Below, piece after piece: positions 44,375 through 57,749 of a stretch of DNA of 64,000 nucleotides. Where the stretch lies: the NCBI GenBank assembly GCA_951406725.2, contig OX597821.1, positions 95,356,001 through 95,420,000 of the forward strand, given 5' to 3'. Under the pieces are notes generated by a model. The model saw nothing but the letters and a program-made list of their open reading frames with translations, had not been told where the DNA came from and did not search any database. Made by a program: the position numbers and the translations under genes. The stretch is from Octopus vulgaris. Lineage: Eukaryota. Numbering within the stretch: position 1 is the first letter of the stretch; every line of letters starts with the position of its first letter.

Positions 44375-44473
44375 TATTTTATATATTTATATTGTGAAAT
44401 TTGATTTAATACTAAATTGAATTTTCCCTGTAAGTTTGGAGTTATACTCCCTAATATTATTATTATTATTATT

Positions 44474-45027
44474 GAGTGAGAGAGCAGTACATGCCATCAA
44501 ACTGACACTGGGGTAAAATATACGAAGCCCAGTATACCCATCATGACTACCCGTCTGATAAGGGTACACTAGGCACATGCATCACAACCATATGTGCGCG
44601 ACATAGTGATCTCATATCAAGATAAACAGCACATGACCTTGCAGGTGGGGCCCAGTTAGAATTTTCTTCTAGTCGAGTAGCCCATCCCGCTCAAAAGGTG
44701 CCTGGATAAGAGTTGTTTAAGGATGTTGAACGAAACACCCATGTTTGCATAGGTGAATTATTCAAACCCCAAAGAATCCCTCTCAACACATGGCTATGAT
44801 GTTCCCCCACTACTCCTGCTTGTGATCAGAGATGTACATATCGTCAGCCACTAAGGGACATGCTCAGCTGGTTAAGGTCAAGCATCTGACAAGCAAATCT
44901 GTGGTATTGAGTAGAATATTTGCTGTAGCTCATCTTTTATACCAAGGCAAAACAATGTACATGATAATACTTCCAATCAGTTTAGATTAGAAGCCATGAG
45001 AGCCACTGCCTGGTACTGCATCAGGGC
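44474..45027 (-). mobile_element. ~555-bp non-coding interspersed element embedded in (TAA)n; second copy at 60689-61247
   Basis: Two highly similar copies with the same ends, each flanked on both sides by (TAT)n. Strand is inferred. Confidence 0.8.
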
Positions 45028-45033
45028 TATTAT

Positions 45034-45147
<114 letters not shown>

Positions 45148-47271
45148 CATGTTTATAGGTTAATCCTATCAAATTTACCAATCAGTTCAGTTTAAATGAG
45201 ATATCTGAAAAAGCAAGTATATGTAGGAATTCCCCACACACATCTACACACATAGAATGACACAGAGACCTACCCAGCCCACGCTAACTGATATAATTAA
45301 TGAAGGAGTGTATAAAGTTTTATCACTTCAATGAAATCTCTATGAATGTATAATAAAGCTACAGGCATGACGCTATATCTAGGGTGTGGTTTCATTTAAT
45401 AACATTGATGCAAACAGATTGGAATTTTGTTTGGATGTTAAAATTTTGCTTGAGGTAGACAAGAGAAAAAGGATATCAATTTACTTTGACTAGATAAGAC
45501 AATTTAAATTGCATTGCAGTCTGAAATCACTGATCATGTGACCTATATCTAGATTCGTTATTATTATTATTATTATTATTAAGCACTACTGGTTCAGAAT
45601 AGCAATCTGTAAACCTTACTTAACGTGGATATACTGCAGAAAAACACAAAACTATTGTATTCGTCTTGAAAAAGCTTCTCGTATTGACGTATATCGTTAA
45701 AAATCACACAACTGTCTCAGTAGCAGATGAAAAGAGTCCGGCAGTGGTAGTGGACTTGGTAAATCACAATTTCTGTTTCTTTGCACATCATCAGTAACAT
45801 GTATCCACTATCAACCGCATACTTAGACATATTTCGCCGCAACTGATACAGGAAAAAAAAACTGATTAATGAATAAATGGCATCACAAATTGCTGGCGGG
45901 CTTGCAGCTGATACAGTTTTGCGCATTTTAGCATAATACGTGTGTACGAGAATCTTTCTCAAGGCGAAAGCTGCAGTTTGGTGACTTTCGATAGTATATC
46001 TACATTAAGCAAAATAGACTGAATGATATTATGGCCTTTATCTTGATATGAAGTGAATTGTTGATATATATTTTTTTTGTGCTGAAACAATGTCATAAAT
46101 TTATGTAGATCATAAACTGTATTTTCAAGAGTGAAAGAGGGATCCTAAACAGTTCTTTTCTTCAATAGGCAATCCTTATTGTAGTTCATATGTAGTGATA
46201 GCCGTTATCATGTATTGCAAATAACTGCTCTAAATTAAATTATTCTGTAACATATTCTACCTACCGCAGTTACTTTATTTACCAATTTCTTTGCTAATGA
46301 TATATCTATTTGACCAACTCCAGCACTGCTACAAACTCGAAGAAATTTGTAACTGTGTTACTTGCTCATTTGAAGGCTAGTTGAGGTTCCACTCCATCTT
46401 ACCTATTGAAGGCGACACACGGCTATGCTCCCGTACTATATCTTCTCTTCGATCTCTCTAGTCCTACATTTCATTGTACCAATATCGATAATGGCAACCC
46501 AGAAGTTTAAACCTGACGAGGCGTGGGGATGTCTTGTGTGGCGTCTGCTTTATTTATTTATTTATTTATTTATTTGTTTATTTTTGCATTTCAAAGGGGG
46601 GATTTTACATACGGTTAGATGTTCTCATTTGACTAATCCACTATTGTGCGAAGGTCTCTTTCGTTGCTTCCTCCCACTCACGATTTGGGCGTATGCTTTT
46701 TTTTTTCTTTACAGCTCATTGTCCTTCCTATTACATCAGGGGCTGAGTGCATTCTATCACACCACCCACACAAGAGAGCTTTTCTGAGAGGATATGAGAA
46801 TTGTTCCTCTCTACTCGACATCAGAGTACCATAACCACAGTGCCTTAGATGGGCTGTCTTTGCTGTGTGTTAATATCTGAGTGTGTGTGCGTGTGTGTTT
46901 GTGTAAAAGCACGTGGTCAGGGTATGGTGTCTTTGAGAAAAGCACATCATTCCACATTTTCCAGTTCATTCCACAGAAATATGTGTTACAGTCTAGTGCT
47001 GGTACAGCTTTCTCTCCCTGCAGCTGTCATCCCTTGGATGTCCCACTGGAATAAGTGTTATAGGGTGTCTGTGCGTTCGCGAATACGTAGACACCTCAGA
47101 CTCATATGCGAGTGACAGATGTAATGGCTGATACACACACACACACTTCTTACTACACAGCCATGTCCGTGTAGACATCTTTATTCGAACATATGTGGTC
47201 TAATTAAATGTGTTTTTGTAAACACGCATATGCAATATTATACACATGCTTGTTTCCACCTATTCATTCCC

Positions 47272-47324
<53 letters not shown>

Positions 47325-47402
47325 TATATATATGTATGTATGCATGTATGTATGTATGTATGTAAGTATATCTATATATGCATATATGTGTGTGTGTGTA
47401 TG

Positions 47403-47450
<48 letters not shown>

Positions 47451-47490
47451 AACAACTTGTTTTAAACCACTCAGCGAGAGATATACAGTA

Positions 47491-47855
47491 AAAGTTTATT
47501 TGCCAACAGAATGTGGCGGTCCTGTAAAGGACGATATTACTGTTGTTTAACCCCCAGAAAAACATCTTTTCCAGCTGGCTATCAACACACAGTCTATGTC
47601 CGTATAGTGTTTGCGAGTGGAGAAAGCTTTCAACAGCGAGTGATGATCTCACATTGAAGACGGGTATACACCCAAAAACCATGGTCTGTGAGTATCACGT
47701 AAGGCTGAAGATGGGAGCGATGACTTCCCTTGCCGACACTATACGGACACAGACTGTGTGTTGATAGCCAGCTGGAAAAGATGTTTTTCTGGTGGTTAAA
47801 CAACAACAACATCGTCCTTTATAGGACAGCCACATTCTGATGGCAAATGAACTTT
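47491..47855. mobile_element. Penelope-pLTR-derived foldback: ~127-bp inverted arms enclosing a hammerhead-like motif (47640-47698, + strand)
   Basis: 47491-47617 is the reverse complement of 47729-47855. The arms resemble 36050-36130 of the Penelope pLTR. The loop has CTCACA-TTGAAGA-CGGGT-ATAC-ACCCA-AAAAC-CATG-GTC-TGTGAG. Confidence 0.85.
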
Positions 47856-47858
47856 ACC

Positions 47859-47889
<31 letters not shown>

Positions 47890-47957
47890 CATACATACAT
47901 ACATACATACATACATACATACATACATACATACATACATACATACATACATACATG

Positions 47958-48490
47958 GTGGCTGCCCCCTCGTTATCGAGTATGGCCATTGCACGAAGCT
48001 AAATCAATGTTGTTATCGTGCAATGCCTGTGCAAGAAGATTTTTTTTTAATGTGAGGAAAGGCTGTGCACTGAGTCAATCCCACTCACTAAGCAACAGCA
48101 GCCATAATCCGAAAAGAAGAACAAGTCAACATCATCGGTAACCACTGAGCCGCAGGTTTTATGTTGGAGTTATCCCAGTTACCTAGGTTACCTTCTCCTA
48201 GAAGGATGCCCTAACAAAGGCTAGGAGTCCTTCACTCCCAATGGTTTAACCGCGCGATCGGATATTCAACCTGATTATTTCTCTGCCTTAAGACAGTTAT
48301 TGGATGGCCGTTGACTCTCAAGAGTTCCTCCGTCCTTTGATGGGTTTTGTTTTTCATCCCGCAGGGTGTCCAATAAACACCCTCCTCACCAAGCAAGCTT
48401 GGTGGGGTTGCCGGTTTAGTCGCCGACGACCCGACCATGCAACAGGTTGTACTGGGTTACATGTTACCAGTAGCACTCGAAAGTGACCTA
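47958..48490 (-). mobile_element. Non-autonomous RTE-type element (5' UTR-like part joined to RTE 3' tail)
   Basis: Shares the 3' tail (plus strand tggctgccccctcgttatcgagtatggccattgcacgaa) with the LINE end at 51348. Contains ggcatccttctaggagaagg, recalled as an RTE 5' UTR-type motif. No ORF. Confidence 0.6.
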
Positions 48491-48687
48491 ACATACATAC
48501 ATACGTACGTACATACATACATACATACATACATACATACATACATACATACATACATACATACATGCATACATACATAAATACATACATACATACATAC
48601 ATGCATACATACATACATACATACATACATACATACATACATACATACATACATACATACATACATACATACATACATACATGCATA

Positions 48688-50094
48688 CATGACGTACATA
48701 TGAAAAGAAACAGGAATTTTGCAATATTATCTTATTCACTTAGCTTTACATATTCACACTTTTATTGCCTTCAAAGTATTCTCCCTTTGAAGCAATGCAT
48801 CAGTCCATACGTGTTTTCCACCGTTCGAAGTAGTCCTAGAACTCTTGCGAAGTGATACCTTTTAACGCCTCTGTCATTTTTTTCTGCACCTCTTCCACGT
48901 CAACCAATTTTTTTCTTTTAAGGACTTTTTCCATTCGAGTGAATAGGGAATGTGAGTAAACGTGGTCATGCTATTTCTGGTCAAAAACTGTCTCACACTC
49001 AAGGTGGTGTGCGAAGGCGCATTGCCGTGAATAAAAACCACCACTGTTACACATTCATATGTATGTGTTTGCGTATGCCAAACCACATCCCCACTCTTGG
49101 CACTATTTGTTAGTGAACAGTACAAACTGTGTGTAAAGTATATAATGTATTACTACGCTGTAATGTCGTCCGTGTAACAGGTAATGAAAATAAACACGTA
49201 AACAATAACAATGGTTTTCATTTGGTTGTCTTTCCCATTAGAACCCAAACTACACATAACAACCATTCTCCACTTTGCCACTGGTCAGAGCGTTTTTGTC
49301 TCGCCGTGTCTCCCAAACGCGTCAGAACTGTCAAGTAAAATGTCTGGTTAGCAGTTTGACCAGGAGGAACAGTTCCTTTCACATCAATAAAATAAATCAG
49401 CATCGTCTTCACACCGGACTTTACATGACGCACTTTTGACGTGGTGACATTGAATGCCTTCATTGACTTGATTGCTTCTTCGTTTCCGGATCAAATTCCA
49501 AATGTTCTTTCGGTTCACGGCACGCATTTAGCCGTGACTGTTTTTGATCTTCCGTGAGAAAGCGAAGCACAAATTTTGTTGCAACTTTTTCCATTCGCAA
49601 TTCCTCGCTGAAAATTCGTTGGGAGGAGCTCCGGGACACACCAGTCATATCAACAAGTTCGTGAATTGTTCGGCGACGGTCCTCCAAGATCAGTTTATGT
49701 CTTCATTCGTTTGGGAGGTCGACGGTCGCGTCTTCAAGCAACAAACAACCATTCGTAAAGTGTGGAGACAACTCGTAAACTTGTATTTTGCTCGTGGAAG
49801 CATCCTTGTAAGCTGTTTGAAGCATGACAACTGTTTCGGTCGCCATTTTCCCCAGCTGTAAACAGAAGTTCTCGGAAGTACACTGTTCCTTCGTTTCAAC
49901 AAAAATCGACGAATAGGGGAGAAGCACTGTAAAACAAAGACACACTACGTGGCAGTACGACCACAGTCGACAACGCCGGTCGAGAGACTGATGCCTGAGG
50001 GTCGCGTCAAGTGACTTCTAGCAGTGGAAGCCTGAACTACAACGGGCTTGTTTCACAGAGAACGTTTCCGATTACTTTTGGGTACCCTCTCGTA
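48688..50094 (-). pseudogene. Mariner transposon remnant
   Basis: DRRRTIHELVDMTGVS, VATKFVLRFLTEDQK, VKTMLIYFIDVKG and IHGNAPSH. TIR-like end ttccgattacttttgggtaccctctcgTA at 50066-50094; the left TIR is degenerate. Confidence 0.88.
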
Positions 50095-51347
50095 TCTGAT
50101 CGTTGCTGCTAGTCATCATTGGATAACACCTCCTTTTAGGCGATGTGAGTCCGTAACACACGTACTTCACCGGCGTAAGGAGACTTCGAGACAGCGGTGT
50201 TTCGACCTCGCTGTTTGCTTTCTCAGTCGAAGGCAGCCCGCACTGATGGCTCTTACAAAAGTCCAAGCTTATAAATTATTTGTTGATGCGAGGAGATTTC
50301 TGACAAACGGATAATGATTCATAGGGTGCATGCAGATCAGCAACAATCCAGACAATGATGGAACTATTCATTCTTAATACGCTCTTGCAGATTTGAACGG
50401 ATTTAAACGTTATTATAATCCTCACTGGATTTTTATGAGAGGTTTCATGGGATGGTTTTGGTAAAATGTTTCAATAACATGTTTATAAAAAGTTTATTAT
50501 TTGCTGATCGATGTTATTGTTGAAGAATTGGGTAATCAGCAATTTTTTCATTGAAAATTTCCTTTCAAAGTAAGTTACGTTGATTCTTCACATATATTGC
50601 CACCAACAAGGCAAATCTTGTGCACAGTAGTAAAATAAATTTATTTTCTCAGATTATAAAATTATAGAGTACAACACTGAGAAAGTCCCATCATCCCTTG
50701 GTGTGCCACATCTCCAAAACTCCACACGAAGCTAAGTACTTGGTTCAGTTCTTTCCCACCCAGAACAGAAGTCCTATACAATTTTCTTCCTGCTCACGTT
50801 TTACCTGAATGTTAACTCTAACAGTTTAACCAGTCATTCTCACACCACCAGTTATTCTGGCCCTCTGTGAATAACTGCAAAAGTTATGCACATTACTTAC
50901 GACCAGCTTGATAAAATAAACAGAAAATACATAAGAAACAAACACAAAACAAATCACAACAAAGACAAAACAACAAAAGAATCCAAAAAATTTCCGTCCT
51001 CAGAAATTGGTCACTCTAAAGCTGACCGTGAGAAAATCTAAGCAAAAACGGTGAGAAATTGAGTCAGAATTTTTGTTTACAATTTTTATCTGAAAGAAAG
51101 CATTTCTGTTTCAGAGATTTCACAGCTCCAGGCGCCAACTGTGATTAAGCTCATTCTTAGCTGCTGGACGAAATAAATTTCAGCGCTGACAGGCATTGGT
51201 GCTTTATTGTAAATAAGGATCTTTAGAATAAAGTTTAGTTTATTTCCTATTCGTTAAAGCTAGAATTAATATTTTCTCACTGATGACCTCCGTTTTTTCT
51301 GTTTGCAGTAGGTATATATACCTTTTTGATGCATACATACATACATT

Positions 51348-51560
51348 ATGGCTGCCCCCTCGTTATCGAGTATGGCCATTGCACGAAACTTAACTGTTAC
51401 TGGTGCTGTGATCGAATGTGACTTTTTAGCCCAGCTAAAGATCTACAATGTCTTGTACAAAATTGGCAACTAAAACCTTTACTGGGACAGCCACTTTTGA
51501 GAAATCTCGAGTTGCACATGAGAAAGTAAGGAGGGATGTCAGGAAGGGCATCGCTGTTAC
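51348..51560 (-). pseudogene. RTE-like LINE 3' end
   Basis: C-terminal C2H2-like finger CQFCTRHCRSLAGLKSHIRSQH*, then a short tail and simple repeat. Confidence 0.65.
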
Positions 51561-51589
51561 ATACAGACATACATACATTCATTCATTCA

Positions 51590-52183
51590 AGAAATACTCC
51601 AGAAGTTTTGAGACTCTCTCAGGAGAAATATTTATTAATTTCAAAGAAGTTATATAACTTTAATCTCCTTCAAAATAGGACCCTCTGATTTCAGTGTACT
51701 TGTTAGCGCTCTAACCACTTCGCGAAGGTTCCATGGAAGTCCCCCAAGATCAAGGTGTCCAAGACCCTTGTCACTGCCACTTTCATCTTCAAAATGACTG
51801 CCTCTCGAAGTTGAGGTTCTTCAGCCTTGGGGAACCACCAAAAGTCGCAGGGATCAAAAAGGTGAACTGTAGGGAACGTGAGGGACAGTTTTGATGCTCA
51901 CCCCTGTTACGTAGTTAGTTACTAGGATGCTCACCACTGAGCAACCTGGGAACAAACTTTGCACAAATTTTGAGCATGTTCACATCTTATTGAATAATTA
52001 TGTGTACAGTAGGCGTAGGAGTGACTGTGTGGTAAGTAGCTTGCTTACCAGCCACATGGTCCCGGGTTCATTCCCACTGCGTAGCACCTTGGGCAAGTAT
52101 CTTCTACTATAGCCTCGAGCCGACCAAAGCCTTGTGAGTGGATTTGGTAGGCGGAAACTAAAAGAAGCCCGTTGTATATATGT

Positions 52184-52279
<96 letters not shown>

Positions 52280-52560
52280 TTGTATATGTGTATATGTTTG
52301 TGCGTCTACATGACTGAAACAAGTAAAAGAGAGTAAAAAGAGAGTACAGTTGCCGCACCAATTCTAAACTGTATGCTTATTGCTCTTTTAGACGCACAAC
52401 GATCTTCATCAAGAATATTGCGAATTTCTTCAACCAGCTCTGATATTCTGATCTTCTGACGTCCTTCTCACTCCCACATCTCTCATCGTCTCTCACCTCC
52501 TCTCTACCGTACTTGCATCACTTGTACCAGTGAAAAAGTTAATCCGTAAGCAATCTGAAA
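51590..52560 (-). pseudogene. Highly decayed mariner remnant interrupted by a SINE A copy
   Basis: Minus strand ends with W.ER...GSYFEGD*-like mariner C-terminus (51660-51720). Other motifs are eroded. Confidence 0.5.
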
Positions 52561-53256
52561 CATCTTTGGCTAGCTACTAACACACCTCCAATTTGCAGGT
52601 GACATACTCATCGCAGCTACCACGGATGTGTGATTAGGGATGGACCAAGAATGATATATATATATATATATATGGTTGGATAATATCCATAGTCTCTGCT
52701 GGTCACGCTTGGAATCAAGCTGGAAAGTCTAATGAAGATTGCTTTGACAGGAAAATATGGAAGAGGTGCCTGAGAACACTACCTCCACGACCGACTCGAC
52801 GTATGGTTGGACGTACGACTGGCTAGTTGGCTGGCTGGTTGACTGGCAGGCTGGCTGGCTGGCTGGTGGGCTGGCTGGCTGGATGGATGGATGGCTGGCT
52901 GGCTGACTGGCTGGCTGGATGGATGGATGTCTATTTGCATAACATTGTTTCATGATATTAAACGTTTCGAATGTATCTTTGGTTTCATTACTTAGTTAAG
53001 GTTGTTTAAAGCATAACTCTCAATGTTGATTCGTAACTTTAACGACTTCAAATATATTTTAGATTTCGGTCCACTGTAAAGTTGTATAAGCATAACTCTT
53101 GATTTTGCTTCGTTATTTAGAATATTTCGATTCTGTATTCGATTTCCGTCAATAATTAAGGACGGTTATTTAAGAGCGTTACGTTCGAACACACATCTTG
53201 AGAAGCAGAATAATATAGTTGATTTATTTCTTTTCTTCTTTTACAGGACTGCCATC

Positions 53257-53565
53257 ATGAATTGGCAAAAAACACGCCAGAAAAACGCTGTGGAATTCAG
53301 GGAAAACAGAGTATTACATAAATTCGACCCCACCAAAAACATCCACCTGTGGACTATGTGGCGTGTAGCGATTAACGACAAATTGGTTGAACACTTCGGC
53401 AATACGAAATTCACGTATCAAGACTACTTCGGTACGTTACCGTTTCGCAGCTACATTCAATTGACGAACAACTCCTTAGAGAGACTTAAATATTTCGACA
53501 ATCATATACTAAGCCCTGAACAGTTCATCTACTACGGACTTCCTAGAGTGAGACCTTACAGATGA
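53257..53565 (+). CDS. Candidate host coding exon, 102-aa protein of unknown family
   Basis: Non-repetitive ORF. Pyrimidine tract + acceptor ttcttttcttcttttacAG at 53245-53246, then gactgccatcATG in good Kozak context. No transposon motifs recognised. Confidence 0.5.
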   Translation: MNWQKTRQKNAVEFRENRVLHKFDPTKNIHLWTMWRVAINDKLVEHFGNTKFTYQDYFGTLPFRSYIQLTNNSLERLKYFDNHILSPEQFIYYGLPRVRPYR

Positions 53566-53615
53566 TACATGAATATGCACTCACACACACACATACACAC
53601 GCACACGCACCCCTA

Positions 53616-53664
<49 letters not shown>

Positions 53665-54041
53665 TCTCTCTAACTAATTCCAGCCGGTAGGTTGTTGCAA
53701 TGAGGGAGTACCATCATATATATGTTTTTGAACGGTTTATCCTGGAGAAAGGGACTCTAGCTATGGTTTGTCTTTGTCGATCAGTACATATACAAACAAC
53801 ATTCAAAGAATTCTTCATACATGCTTGAAATAGCAACAAAGTCTTCTTCAAATTATACCCAACTGACTTTAAAAATATAAGGAAGCGCTGAATAATGTGG
53901 CCTACGAACTGAGATAAAGAAACAGTTTGAATGCCTTTTTGGTGGTAAACTCTGCTCAGTGAAAACTTATTCGGAGATTAAACAGTAACAAGAACATTGT
54001 CATTAGTGAAACAGCGACGGTTTTTCCAACTTTATATACAA

Positions 54042-54437
54042 CTAGCAGTATCACCCGGCGTTGCTCGGATTTGTAAGGGAAATAACTATATAAGCATTTT
54101 TAGAGAGTTATAGCCAAAAAATAGCAAAAAAATGCATTAAAAATGGAAATAATATGATGGTAAATTTTTTTAAAAAATCGTTGACGCATCGTACACATTT
54201 TTAGAGAGTTACTTCCCTTTAAAAAAGTATGCCTTAAAATGGAAAAAAATGATGGTGTTTTATTTTTAAAATCGTAGACTCATCGTAGACGCGCGCTAAT
54301 ACCCAGACGGGCTCGATATGAATTACGACTATAAGATACCCGAATTTGGTTTAACTGCACCGCAAAATGTGGGAGTAGTTAGGAATCTAAATCGTAGGAG
54401 ACAGGCACTCACACAACCTCACTTTTATATATATAGA
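54042..54437 (-). mobile_element. Non-autonomous Helitron
   Basis: Minus strand A|TCtatatata...ccgagcaacgccgggtgatactgCTAG|T. Confidence 0.85.
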
Positions 54438-55264
54438 TATTTTTTAACCGTTTAAGGCGGCGAGTTGGCAGAAACGTTAGCACACCAGGCGAAATGTTTA
54501 GCGGTATTTCGTCTGCCGCTACGTTCTGAGTTCAAATTCCGCCGAGGTCGACTTTGCCTTTCATCTTTTCGGGGTCGATAAATTAAGTACCAGTTACGCA
54601 CTGGGGTCGAATTAATCGACTTAATCCGTTTGTCCGTCCTTGTTTGTCCTCTCTGTGTTTAGCCCCTTGTGGGTAGTAAAGAAATAGAAATAGGTATTTC
54701 GTCTGTCTTTACGTTCTAAGTTCAAATTCCGCCGAGGTCGACTTTGCCTTTCATCTTTTCGGGGTCGATAAATTAAGTACCAGTTGCGTGCTGGGATCGA
54801 TCTAATCGACTGCCCCCTTCCCCAAATTTCGGGCCTTGTGTCTAGAGTAGAAAAGAATATTTTTAAGCGTTTGATACCAACCAGCCTGAGGTCACCCCTG
54901 GTTCCATAATAGAAACGTGCTATTTTGAAGCGATCTAAATGAAAACCTTGCATACAAATTTCATGTTTGTTTATATTCTAAACACCGGATTAATAATAAA
55001 CTTACTTTACTACTAAACTTTTCATTATTTTCAACTAAATTTAAAGAAAGGCAGTGTATTTCAACAGAAATATGGTAAAAACAAAAAGAAAGGTTAAGAA
55101 AAAGAACGGAAAAATAAAGGAAAAGAAAAAAAAAGAAATTTCTTTAACCTATTGACAAACAGACACTGACTCATTAATTTCACATTCTGTGGAATTTCAA
55201 GGATTGCTTTACAGCTAAACTTCGAAATTTGACACAAAGTTTGTATAGCGTGTGATTAAATGCA

Positions 55265-55295
<31 letters not shown>

Positions 55296-55931
55296 ACAAA
55301 TAAATATATATATATATATATATACATATATAAATAAACAAGAAAAGAAAATGGTTTCTATCGTTTCTACAAAACTTCTTCCAAAGAGCCGCTGTCTTTT
55401 CCTTATGTGATCCTTTTCAGATTTTGTAGGAACAGTATTTCAGACTTTAACTGTTGACATCCATCACTACATACCTACCTACATACATACATACATACAT
55501 GCGTACATACATACATACATACATACATACATGCATGCATGCATGCATACATACATACATACATACATGCATGCATGCATGCATGCATACATACATACAT
55601 ACATGCATGCATACATATATGCATACATACATACATACATACATACATACATACATACATACATACATACATACATACATACATACATACATACATACAT
55701 ACATACATACATGCATGCATGCATACATACATACATACATACATACATGCATGCATGCATGCATGCATACATACATACATACATGCATGCATACATATAT
55801 GCATACATACATACATACATACATACATACATACATACATGCATGCATACATATATGCATACATACATACATACATACATACATACATACATACATGCAT
55901 GCATACATATATGCATACATACATACATACA

Positions 55932-55965
<34 letters not shown>

Positions 55966-56211
55966 CATACATACATACGTGCATACATACATACATACAT
56001 ACATACATACATACATGCATACATAGACGTGTGCTAGCGTGTGCATGTACGCAATGTTAGCTGTAGTTGTGTGGTAAGGAGTTCGCTTCTCAACCACGTG
56101 GTTCCAGGTTCAGTCCCACTGCGTGTAACTTTGGGAAAATGTTTTCTACCATAGCCTCAGGTCAACCAAAGTAGATTTGCTATACGGAAACTGAAAGAAA
56201 CTTGTCGCATA

Positions 56212-56631
<420 letters not shown>

Positions 56632-57009
56632 ACATATGCTGTGCTTGAGAAGACCTGGCAAGCTCAAGTGAGACCATAACCTTGTGGACTATGCCAGGAG
56701 TGTAACCAGCCCACTTATGCGTACCTTTCCTTCATTGGACATTAAACTCTGCTTGCGAAGACCTGTTGAGGCAAGTGAAATTGAAATTGAAATTGAAATC
56801 GAAATCGAAATCGAAATCGAAATCAAATTCGATGACTGGCATCCGTGCTAGTGGAGCGCTAAGAGTACCATACGAGCGTGATCATTGCCAGAGCAACAAG
56901 CTGGCCTCTGTGCCGATGGCACATAAAAAGCACTATTCGAGCGTGATCGTTACCGGCGTCGCCTTATTGGCACTTGTGCTGGTGGCACGTGAAAAAACCG
57001 TTCGAGCGA

Positions 57010-57620
57010 GCCTCATGAATACTTCGTTTCGTGGTTTAGGTTTTATCTGGCCTTTTTATCATGTAAGTAGTCCTGTCAAAGCTCTCCTCTTTGTGTATAG
57101 AAAGATTCTATACACTTTTATACTTTTAAAAATATGTTATCCCTTTTGACTTTTATTTATGCATGCTAACTACTGGTAGTAAATTATTTTAATTTATTGG
57201 CTTCATATTTACGAAGGTAATATTTATAATTCAGAGTCTGTATAGGACACACTTTTAAATTTGTTTATTTACTGCTGGACTGTGCATTTACGCTCGCGCA
57301 CTAAGTTCGAAACCAAAATGAATACAGAAGTAGCTGCTTTGCGCACGTGTTTTCTGTATGTATTTGCAACTATTTATAATTATTCATTAATTAGCGATCT
57401 CGCTGACGAGCCACAGATCCCAAATTAGTTTATTTTGGAGATTTATGGCGAAACTCGAGTTCGAGATTAACTAATTCACTTTTTTTATTCGTTCGGGTGT
57501 TACAATCGGCGTGCCTCATGAATTCTTCTTTTCGTAGTTTAGGTTTTAACTGGCCTTTTTAGCATGTAAGGAGTCTTGTCAAAGGTCTCCTCTTTGTGGA
57601 TAGAAAGATTCTATACACTT
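57010..57620 (+). mobile_element. ORF-less pLTR/retrozyme-like unit: 108-bp terminal direct repeats, 503-bp period, one hammerhead
   Basis: 57010-57117 vs 57513-57620 (9 mismatches counted by eye). Its 3' end abuts a TA-rich microsatellite. Confidence 0.8.
57389..57476 (+). ncRNA. Type I hammerhead ribozyme, canonical core
   Basis: AATTAG-CG-ATCTCG-CTGACGA-GCCA-CAGATCCCAAA...TTTGGAGATTTA-TGGC-GAAAC-TCGA-GTT-CGAGAT-TAA-CTAATT. Confidence 0.92.
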
Positions 57621-57749
57621 ATATACATATATATACATTATTAATTATTTAATATTTAATTGAATGCGACGCATCCATTTCCAAGTATGTATGTATATAT
57701 ACATATATACACAGCAGTTCCGACTTCATTTTCCGACATTGTTATCATG

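Noticed and set aside
46514-46545. CTGACGAG as a hammerhead core
   Set aside because: No downstream GAAA or compatible helices.
48350-48490. HDV-like ribozyme at the RTE-type 5' end
   Set aside because: Hairpins are present, but I could not fit the canonical nested double pseudoknot (P1 and L3 do not fit).
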